Source of the DNA: Eledone cirrhosa
Lineage: Eukaryota
Length of the DNA stretch: 64,000 nucleotides
Reading direction: 5' to 3'
Assembly: GCA_964016885.1 (NCBI GenBank)
Contig: OZ024744.1
Location: forward strand, 22,072,001 to 22,136,000
The translations under genes were made by a program, and so were the position numbers. Below are positions 1 to 10,256 of the stretch, piece after piece. The first letter of the stretch is position 1; each line of letters begins with the position of its first letter. The notes below the pieces were generated by a model. The model did no database searches. It had not been told where the DNA came from and saw nothing but the letters and a program-made list of their open reading frames with translations.

Positions 1-3000
1 GGTACAGATGGACAGAGATACAGAGACACTGGTACAGGGAGACAGAGACACCGGTACATAGAGACAGAGGTAGAGAGACACTGGTACAGAGTCACTGGTA
101 CAGAGAGGCAGATATACAGAGACAGTGGTACCGAGAGACATAGGTACAGAGAGACACTGGTACAGAGAGACAGAGGTACAGAGAGACAGAGGTACACAGA
201 GACAGTGGTACAGAGTGATAGAGGTACAGAGAGACAGAGGTACAGAGAGACAGACGTACAGAGAAACAGAGGTACAGAGAGACACTGGTACAGAAAGACA
301 GATTTACAGAGTCACAGAGGTACAGAGAGACAGACGTACAGAGACACTGGTACAGAGAGACAGAGGTACAGAGCGTCAGAGGTACAGAGAGACAGAGGTA
401 CAGCGAGACAGAGGTACAGATAGACAGTGGTACACAGAGAGACTGGTACAGAGAGACAGAGGTACAGAGAGACAGAGGTACAGAGCGTCAGAGGTACAGA
501 GAGACAGAGGTACAGAGACACTGGTACAGAGAGATAGAGTTACAGTGACACTGGTACAGAGAGACAGCGGTACAGAGAGACAGAGGTACATATGGACAGA
601 GGCACAGAGACACTGGTACAGGGAGACAGAGGTAGAGAGACACTGGTACAGAGTCACTGGTACAGAGAGGCAGAGATACAGAGACACTGGTACAGAGAGA
701 CAGAGGTACAGAGAGACACTGGTACGGAGAGACAGAGGTACAGAGAGACAGAGGTACACAGAGACAGTGGTACAGAGAGACAGAGGTACAGAGAGACAGA
801 GGTACAGAGAGACAGAGGTACAGAGAAACAGAGGTACAGAGATACACTGGTACAGAAAGACAGAGTTACAGAGATACAGAGGTACAGAGAGACATACGTA
901 CAGAGACACTGGTACAGAGAGACAGAGGTACAGAGCGTCAGAGGTACAGAGAGACAGAGGTACAGAGACACTGGTACAGACATACAGTGGTACAGGGACA
1001 CTGGTAGAGAGAGACAGAGGTACAGAGAGACACTGGTACAGAGAGACAGAGGTACAGAGAGACAGATGTACAGAGAGACCATGGTACAGGGAGACAGAAG
1101 TACAGAGAGACAGAGGTACAGAGACAGTGGTACTGAGAGACAGTGGTACACAGAGAGACTTGTACAGAGAGACAGAGGTACAGAGAGACAGAGGTACAGC
1201 GAGACAGAGGTACAGATAGACAGAGGTACATATAGACAGTGGTACACAGAGACACTGGTACAGAGAGACAGAGGTACAGAGAGACACTGGTACAGAGAGA
1301 CATAGGTCCAGAGAGTCAGAGGTACAGAGAGACAGATGTACAGAGACACTGGTACAGAGAGACAGAGGTACAGAGAGACAGAGGTACAGAGAGACAGACG
1401 TACAGAGAGTCAGAGGTACAGAGAGACAGAGGTACAGAGACACTCGTACAGAGAGACTGAGGTACATGCAGACAGATGTACAGAGACACTGGTACAGAGA
1501 GACAGAGAGAGAGACATTGGTACAGAGAGGCAGAGACAAAGACATAGATACAGAGAGACAGAGACACAGAGACACTGGTACAGAGAGACAGAGACAGATA
1601 CACTGGTACAGAGAGACAGAGGTACAGAGAGACAGAGGTCCAGAGACAGATGTACAGAGACATGGTACAGAGAGACAGAGACAGAGACACAGGTACAGAG
1701 AGACGGAGACATCTGAGAAACTGGTACAGAGAGACAGAGACACAGAGACACTGGTACAGAGAGACAGAGACAGATACACTGGTACAGAGAGACAGAGGTA
1801 CAGAGAGACAGAGGTCCAGAGACAGAGGTACAGAGAGACAGAGACAGATAAACTGGTACAGAGAGACAGAGGTACAGAGAGACAGAGGTACAGAGAGACA
1901 GAGGTACAGAGACACTGGTACAGAGAGACAGAGACAGAGACACAGGTACAGAGAGACAGAGACAGCTGAGAAACTGGTATAGAGAGGCAGAGGTACAGAG
2001 AGACACTGGTACAGAGAGACAGAGGTACAGAGTTATACTGGTACAGAGAGACAGAGGTACAGAGACACTGGTACAGAGATATAGAGGTACGGTGACATTG
2101 GTACAGAGAGACCGTGATACAGAGAGACAGAGGTACAGATAGACAGACGTACACATACATTGGTACAGAGAGACAGATACACTGGTACAGAGAGACAGAG
2201 GTACAGAGAGACAGAGGTACAGATAGACAGAGGTACAGATAGACAGAGATACAGAGAAAGAGGTACAGAGAGACAGTGGTACACAGAGAGACTGGTACAA
2301 AGAGACAGAGGTACAGAGAGACAGAGGTACAGCGAGACAGAGGTACATATAGACAGTGGTACACAGAGACACTGGTACAGAGAGACAGAGGTACAGTGAC
2401 ACTGGTACAGAGAGATAGAGCTACAGTGACACTGGTACAGAGAGACAGCGGTACAGAGAGACAGAGGTACAGATGGACAGAGATACAGAGACACTGGTAC
2501 AGGGAGACAGAGACACCGGTACATAGAGACAGAGGTAGAGAGACACTGGTACAGAGTCACTGGTACAGAGAAGCAGAGATACAGAGACTCTGGTACCGAG
2601 AGACATAGGTACAGAGAGACACTGGTACAGAGAGACAGAGGTACAGAGAGACAGAGGTACACAGAGACAGTGGTACAGAGTGATAGAGGTACAGAGAGAC
2701 AGAGGTACAGAGAGACAGACGTACAGAGAAACAGAGGTACAGAGAGACATTGGTACAGAAAGACAGATTTACAGAGTCACAGAGGTACAGAGAGACAGAC
2801 GTACAGAGACACTGGTACAGAGAGACAGAGGTACAGAGCGTCAGAGGTACAGAGAGACAGAGGTACAGCGAGACAGAGGTACAGATAGACAGTGGTACAC
2901 AGAGAGACTGGTACAGAGAGACAGAGGTATAGAGAGACAGAGGTACAGCGAGACAGAGGTACAGATAGACAGTGGTACAGCGAGACACTGGTACAGAGAG

Positions 3001-4430
3001 ACAGAGGTACAGTGACACTGGTACAGAGAGATAGAGTTACAGTGACACTGGTACAGAGAGACAGCGGTACAGAGAGACAGAGGTACATATGGACAGAGGT
3101 ACAGAGACACTGGTACAGGGATACAGAGGTAGAGAGACACTGGTACAGAGTCACTGGTACAGAGAGGCAGAGATACAGAGACACTGGTACAGAGAGACAG
3201 AGGTACAGAGAGACACTGGTACCGAGAGACAGAGGTACAGAGAGACAGAGGTACACATAGACAGTGGTACAGAGAGACAGAGGTACAGAGAGACAGAGGT
3301 ACAGAGAGACAGAGGTACAGAGAAACAGAGGTACAGAGATACACTGGTACAGAAAGACAGAGTTACAGAGATACAGAGGTACAGAGAGACATACGTACAG
3401 AGACACTGGTACAGAGAGACAGAGGTACAGAGCGTCAGAGGTACAGAGAGGCAGAGGTACAGAGACACTGGTACAGACATACAGTGGTACAGGGACACTG
3501 GTAGAGAGAGACAGAGGTACAGAGAGACACTGGTACAGAGAGACAGATGTACAGAGAGACAGATGTACAGAGAGACCATGGTACAGGGAGACAGAAGTAC
3601 AGAGAGACAGAGGTACAGAGACAGAGGTACTGAGAGACAGTGGTACACAGAGAGACTGGTACAGAGAGACAGAGGTACAGAGAGACAGAGGTACAGCGAG
3701 ACAGAGGTACAGATAGACAGAGGTACATATAGACAGTGGTACACAGAGACACTGGTACAGAGAGACAGAGGTACAGAGAGACACTGGTACAGAGAGGCAG
3801 AGGTACAGTGAAACTGGTACAGAGAGATAGAGTTACAGTGACACTGGTACAGAGAGACAGCGGTACAGAGAGACAGAGGTACAGAGACACTGGTACAGGG
3901 AGACAGAGACACTGGTACAGAGAGACAGAGGTACAGAGACACTGGTACAGAGAGGCGGAGATACAGAGACACTGGTACAGAGAGACAGAGGTACACAGAG
4001 ACAGCGGTACTGAGAGACAGAGGTACAGAGAGACATAGGTACATAGAGACAGAGGTACAGAGAGACAGAGCTACAGAGACACTGGTACAGACATACATTG
4101 GTACAGGGATACTGGTACAGAGAGACAGAGGTACAGAGAGACACTGGTACAGAGAGACAGAGGTTCAGAGAGAGAGAGAGGTACAGAGAGACAGAGGTAC
4201 AGGATGACAGATGTACAGAGAGACACTGGTACAGAGAGACAGAGGTACAGAGAAACAGAGGTACAGAGACAGAGGTACAGAGAGACACTGGTACTGAGAG
4301 ACACTGGTACAGAGACACTGGTACAGAGACACTGGTACAGAGACACTGGTACAGAGAGACAGAGGTACAGAGAGACACTGGTACAGAGAGACAGAGGTAC
4401 AGGCAGACAGAGGTACAGACAGACACTGAG
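1..4430 (+). repeat. Purine-rich tandem satellite, ~16-bp monomer GGTACAGAGAGACAGA with a CACTGGTACAGAGAGA-type variant
   Basis: Continuous GGTACAGAGAGACAGA / ACACTGGTACAGAGAG units with a GTAC in most monomers. The array runs off the window start. Its ORFs (RDRGTERQRYRETEVQ, SLCTSVSLYLCLSVP) are repeat translations. Confidence 0.95.
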
Positions 4431-4790
4431 ATACATATAGACACACACACACACACACAGACACAGACATACACATACACAGACATACACAGACAGACAC
4501 TCACACATATACATATAGACACACACACAGAGACACAGAGACACAGAGACATACACATACACAGACAGGCACAGACAAACACAGACAGACACATTCACAG
4601 ACACAGACAGAGGCATACACAGAGATACAGAGACACGGACAGACAGAGTCACACAGTCACAGAGTCACACAGACACACACTCACACAGAGTCACACAGAC
4701 ACAGTCACAGACACACACATACATACACACAGATACAGACATATATACACACATATACAGACACACGCTGACATAGTCACACACCAATAG
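4431..4790 (+). repeat. Degenerate (CA)n/(CAGA)n low-complexity tract at the edge of the satellite
   Basis: ACACACAC/ACAGAC/ACATAC mosaic contiguous with the 16-bp satellite. Confidence 0.85.
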
Positions 4791-4929
4791 ATAAACTCAC
4801 CGACATTCAGATATGTGTGTAGAAACTGCGTCGGGTCCACCAACTAGAGTTCCTTTTGAACCCTTAACTTAGTTCTCAGAAATATTCATCTTGGCATTAT
4901 ATAACATGTCTGGCCCTTTTAACGGCTTA

Positions 4930-5010
4930 TTTTTTCCAGTTGAGTGGACTGGAGCAACGTGAAGTAAAGTTTCTTGCTCAAGAACACAATGTGCGGCAGG
5001 AAATCGAACA
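4930..5010 (-). mobile_element. tRNA-derived CORE-like SINE fragment
   Basis: Reverse complement reads GTTCGATTTCC (B-box) ... TTGTGTTCTTGAGCAAGAAACTTTACTTCACGTTGCTCCAGTCCACTCAACTGG, matching the copies at 20618 and 23908. Confidence 0.7.
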
Positions 5011-5082
5011 TAACATTACAATATTTTCTTCTGTGAAGATTGTAAAGTTGTTTGATTTTAACCATTAAACATGGCACCTTAT

Positions 5083-5510
<428 letters not shown>

Positions 5511-5624
5511 TACAGGTATAAACTGGTGTTTTGTTGCGTCCTTTTATGTCAAATGTATTATATATCGAATCGAAAGGATTCAATAAATAAGAGATCGTTG
5601 AAATAAGTAAGAAACTGAAATTAG

Positions 5625-5710
5625 TATTAGGGTCGATATGATTGATTACAAACGCATGAACAAAGTAACTCGGCATGGCCGCTGTCCAATGACTGAAGCC
5701 AGTTAAAAGG
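5625..5710 (+). mobile_element. SINE 3' tail remnant
   Basis: GGGTCGATATGATTGA...GCATGGCCGCTGTCCAATGACTGAAGCCAGTTAAAAG resembles octopus SINE tails as I recall them. The GGGTCGAT segment matches the SINE body seen at 6735 and 20130. Confidence 0.45.
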
Positions 5711-6567
5711 CAGACAAAAATAATATAAAAGAAAAAAATTTAAATAAATACATCAAACAATATTTATCGCTACTCTACTGATTCTGCTACTCTGCGTTCC
5801 TGAGATATTTTAATTTCTTTGTATCAAGAGACAGAGAACCATGAATTATTGACAGGTGAACTTATAATATTGTGGATTTGCAGAACCGATAGAGCGTTTG
5901 ACAAAATGTCCTGCGCTATTTATTTACGACATTTTTTAACGACTTTCTTTTATGTTATTTTTTTTTATGTTGATATTTTTATAATTCTTAGGTCGATAAA
6001 AAAGAAAGAAAAATCTGTGGAGAACACTCTTCTTTACAAGACCACTCTCGCAGAATAAGACAGTATCGTGTATGAGGTACACATGTTTTATAGTGAGAAA
6101 GCTTAAGTGTAGAGAAGCATGTACAGTGTTGGCTCTAGGTTTTGCCTTAAAATAGTATTATGGCCAAATTAGACCGAATGTCAATGAATAATATGCTGCT
6201 AGGTTCCTTGCACATAGAAAAAAAGATGCGGTTGGTCTATCCACATCAACCACAACAAGAATCTTGAAACATCGAAGAAACTTCTACGTGGTCACTCGGC
6301 CTGCTAAGCATAGTTCCCAAATTTTCATCAAAATACACACGACCACATTCAGAAGAAAAAATGAAGATACTGGCCTTTGATGAGAGGTTTCAGTGGTGAT
6401 TGATCTGCAGCTAAATAACAACACAGAGAGATTGAGAAGCTTGCTAATTGGATCAACTCTTAAGAGTTTTATTTGTTTGGTTTACGTGTGGGTTAAGTAG
6501 GTACGGAGATGTAATATATATACATATATACATACATGCATATATTTATATGAGTGTGCGTGTATGA

Positions 6568-6608
<41 letters not shown>

Positions 6609-6609
6609 T

Positions 6610-6915
6610 ACGTTAGAACGTCAATACTTTATAGTATTCGTTCGAGCTCTCTACTCCCTCAGTTCAAATCCTGCCAAGGTCAACTTTACCTTTCATCCTT
6701 TCGAGGTCGATATAAAAAAGTACCAGTCTAGTACTGAGGTTGATTCTTCCTCTATATCTCTTTCTCGTTTCCTCTCTCTCACTTTCTATCTTTCTCTGGA
6801 CCGAATCTGCTGTTCTCACGTCTGGAGACGAGATGGTGTCTTCCAGGATTAAAATGCCCAAGAAACGGCTAATGACAATACGGCGTCCCTACAACTCTAT
6901 CTGGAGTTACGGGTC
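6610..6915 (+). mobile_element. tRNA-headed SINE, local family copy 1
   Basis: B-box-like AGTTCAAATCC, central CTTTCATCCTTTCGAGGTCGATATAAAAAAGTACCAG domain, CT-rich spacer, and a 3' body (AATCTGCTGT...CCAGGATTAAAATGCCCAAGAAAC...GGCGTCCCTACAACTCT...GTTACGGG) shared with three other copies in this window. Confidence 0.8.
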
Positions 6916-6921
6916 TAGTCC

Positions 6922-7044
<123 letters not shown>

Positions 7045-7054
7045 TAGGCGTTAC

Positions 7055-7340
7055 CTCGTCAGATAGAGTGCTTTGAGTTATTAATTCTGACTCTCTGTTA
7101 CCTCAGTTCAAATCCTATCGAAGTCAACTTTCCGTTTCATTCTGTCAAGATCGATAAAAAAAAGTACCAGTATAGAACTGGAGTCAATTTGCATCTCTAT
7201 TCCTTTTTCTAACATCCCCTCTCTCTCACTTTCTCCCCTTCACTAGAAGAAATATGCTGTGTTCAAACCTGGAAATCCCCAGAACACTAAGAAACTCCAT
7301 ATGTTAATATGGCGCCCCTACGACCTATCGGATACGGATC
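7055..7340 (+). mobile_element. tRNA-headed SINE, local family copy 2 (internal deletion in the 3' body)
   Basis: AGTTCAAATCC...TTTCATTCTGTCAAGATCGATAAAAAAAAGTACCAG...GGCGCCCCTACGACCT aligns by eye to 6610-6915. Confidence 0.75.
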
Positions 7341-7357
7341 CAGGCCACACCGCACAC

Positions 7358-7463
<106 letters not shown>

Positions 7464-7538
7464 TCAGATAGGGTATGGTAAAATCAGGTAGACGATAACC
7501 CACCAGACTACTCGATACTTGAGGTAGTTGGGTGGGTA

Positions 7539-7807
7539 ATATGAAAAAATTCAGGAACCGACAACTGAGCTCCGACCGTTTCGACAGCTGGATCCGAATT
7601 AAAGCGCCAGAATTCGAACGGCAAGACACAAAACTAGCAGATAAAAAAAAGAGCACTTTTAAGATTTTTTTTACTTTGACTCTCTGCCCATATATGGATT
7701 ATACCCTTTCATAAGTCCAGCTAGATACCCGCCGTTCGAATACTGGTGCTTTAGTTCAAATCTAGCTGTTGAAAAGGCCGGAGTTCAGTCATCGGGGACC
7801 TGGATCT

Positions 7808-7815
<8 letters not shown>
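7539..7815. mobile_element. Decayed MITE-like element with ~85-bp terminal inverted repeats
   Basis: 7539-7622 (ATATGAAAAAATTCAGG...AGAATTCGAACGGC) is the imperfect reverse complement of 7731-7815 (GCCGTTCGAATACT...CCTGGATCTTTTCATAT). Differences are mostly transitions. Confidence 0.7.
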
Positions 7816-7864
<49 letters not shown>

Positions 7865-7869
<5 letters not shown>

Positions 7870-8988
7870 GAATAATCGAGTATCGAAAAATCGGCGCACG
7901 AGTTCACGATAAACAAAATTCGAAATGAGCGGCAGAGGGCTCAATAATTCAGATAAATCAGAGCTATAACTATCGTTAAAATACCGTCACACATAGAACA
8001 TGTCTAAAATCAACCATACGACCGAAAAATTGCGATCTGGAAGATTCGGGACACTCAGATAAAATATCAATAAATCAATAAATCAAATGAATGTAAAAAG
8101 CATACCCGGACCCGCTAGAAAGATGGTAAATCTAGCTTCTTGGGTTTCTGTAAATCCTTAAACTGCCCTCTATCAGCTCACATAAAAATATATAAGACTT
8201 TTAGAAGCCAGCGGACCGGAATTTACTTCCTCAACGAGCTTTTGTCCGAACGAATGAAAAGGCATAACCCAGGTTGAAAAAACGCACATGGAATTCAGCA
8301 AGGGAGATAACCTCTATATCCGCAAAAAATATTCGGGAAAATGTGGAAATACACATATCGAATAAGAGTGCTCAATAGACATGTTAAAATAAACAGGAGC
8401 TATTCATCATTTAATAGAATCGACAAAAAATGAACAATAAAATTAACTGGTCAATAGCTAAGTCTAGAGCTAAATATAGTAGAATAATCGAGTATCGAAA
8501 AATCGGCGCACGAGTTCACGATAAACAAAATTCGAAATGAGCGGCAGAGGGCTCAATAATTCAGATAAATCAGAGCTATAACTATCGTTAAAATACCGTC
8601 ACACATAGAACATGTCTAAAATCAACCATACGACCGAAAAATTGCGATCTGGAAGTTTCGGGACACTCAGATAAAATATCAATAAATCAATAAATCAAAT
8701 GAATGTAAAAAGCATACCCGGACCCGCTAGAAAGATGGTAAATCTAGCTTCTTGGGTTTCTGTAAATCCTTAAACTGCCCTCTATCAGCTCACATAAAAA
8801 TATATAAGACTTCTAGAAGCCAGCGGACCGGAATTTACTTCCTCAACGAGTTTTGTCCGAACGAATGAAAAGGCATAACCCAGGTTGAAAAAACGCACGT
8901 GGAATTCAGCAAGGGAGATAACCTCTATATCCGCAAAAAATATTCGGTAAAATGTGGAAATACACATATTGAATAAGAGTGCTCAATA

Positions 8989-8992
<4 letters not shown>
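7865..8992 (+). repeat. Near-identical direct duplication (~517-bp copies, period ~611-612 bp)
   Basis: TAGTAGAATAATCGAGTATCG...GAGTGCTCAATAGACA at 7865-8381 and 8477-8992, with a ~95-bp spacer. Long (TA)n tracts flank both sides. Confidence 0.92.
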
Positions 8993-9077
<85 letters not shown>

Positions 9078-9152
9078 AATATATAAGCAGCGATTCTTTG
9101 CTTAAACTTTAATCTGTTATTTTAATAAATATATATATATATATATATATAT

Positions 9153-9252
9153 ACAATATATTAGTAAATGGAAACTATATTTATAAACCCATATTTATTT
9201 TATTAAATAAATATGGTTTTATAAATATACTTTCCATTTATTAATATATTGT
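9153..9252. repeat. ~100-bp AT-rich near-perfect palindrome
   Basis: The left arm ACAATATATTAGTAAATGGAAACTATATTTATAAACCCATATTTATTT is mirrored by AAATAAATATGGTTTTATAAATATACTTTCCATTTATTAATATATTGT. Confidence 0.88.
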
Positions 9253-9340
9253 GTATTTATCCACTAAATTGTTGAGTGCTTTATATCAGTTATTAAAAAG
9301 TTTTAAGCTTATTGAATCCCAACAAATTAAATATAAACTC

Positions 9341-9421
<81 letters not shown>

Positions 9422-9459
9422 CGGGTCCATACTCTACATTAATTATAAAATATATTCGT

Positions 9460-9508
9460 TAAGCGACTGAGAGTACCATACTCCTCTCGGGACAGGACGC
9501 CAGTCCAT

Positions 9509-9512
<4 letters not shown>
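9460..9512 (-). mobile_element. SINE middle-body fragment (V-SINE-like GATGGACTGGCGTCCTGTCC motif)
   Basis: Reverse complement TGTGATGGACTGGCGTCCTGTCCCGAGAGGAGTATGGTACTCTCAGTCGC. The family is recognised from memory only. Confidence 0.45.
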
Positions 9513-9558
<46 letters not shown>

Positions 9559-9867
9559 AATATGGGTAAGATGAAATGTGTTGTGTGTGTGTGTGTGTGT
9601 ACGTTTATTTTCTTATTTATATATATATATATATATATATTTGTTTTGCAAGATTTTTTATATGAAATTGTGTGTCGAAACACATATTGTTATACTTGGG
9701 AAGGGTCATATTGTAATATTGTCAGAAATAATAGAAAAACACACTAACTGTTTGGTTGGCTTTCGTTCTGTATCTTTTATATATCCATAGTTAATTTATT
9801 AGCAATCAATGTTTATCATTGATTGACCAACGGTTAAAAATACAGATATAAATATATATGTATAATC

Positions 9868-9911
9868 TATCAAAGTTCTTTCGTCACGCATCTGCGACAT
9901 CATCAGTGGTA
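9868..9911 (-). ncRNA. Minimal type-I hammerhead ribozyme-like motif (Penelope-type)
   Basis: Minus strand: TACCA-CTGATGA-T-GTCGC agatgc GTGAC-GAAA-G aa C-TT-TGATA. It has the CUGAUGA and GAAA cores, a 5-bp stem II, a tiny quasi-palindromic stem III and stem I TACCA/TGATA with one mismatch. Confidence 0.55.
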
Positions 9912-9964
9912 CTATTATGTTTCCTCTGGCTGTATTGTAAAGTATACTTTACAATGTATATGTA

Positions 9965-10240
9965 TGTATGCAAGTGTATATGCAGTTATCAGATGCAGGA
10001 TTTTTAGAATGTTTTACACATTTTTACTGTTCCATTAATAGATTGTACTTGTAATTTCCTAACTAATCGTGTTCTTTCTGTTCCTGCGAAGCCTCGCTTC
10101 TCAATATGTATACTGAGGCAGTTACTAATGTATCCGAGTACCCCAATAATCACGGGTATAAATCTGAATGTATAGTCAGAGTGGAGTATCTGGAGATTTC
10201 TCATTGGATTTTTCATTAGTTCAGCATAGATATTATAGAT
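9965..10240 (-). mobile_element. 3' fragment of an R4/Dong-like RLE non-LTR retrotransposon
   Basis: ORF 10004-10216(-) MRNLQILHSDYTFRFIPVIIGVLGYISNCL...VRKLQVQSINGTVKMCKTF. It is homologous to 12400-12610(-) and resembles the C-terminus of RLE LINEs. Confidence 0.8.
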
Positions 10241-10256
10241 ATTATGTATGTATGTA

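Noticed and set aside
125-4790. Long ORFs of up to 662 aa on both strands
   Set aside because: They are translations of a 16-bp satellite that rarely contains stops, and they overlap in all frames with no domain content.
6280-6430. Possible additional SINE tail (CTACGTGGTCACTCGGCCTGCTA...)
   Set aside because: Only vaguely recalled as a cephalopod repeat, with no second copy in this window to support boundaries.
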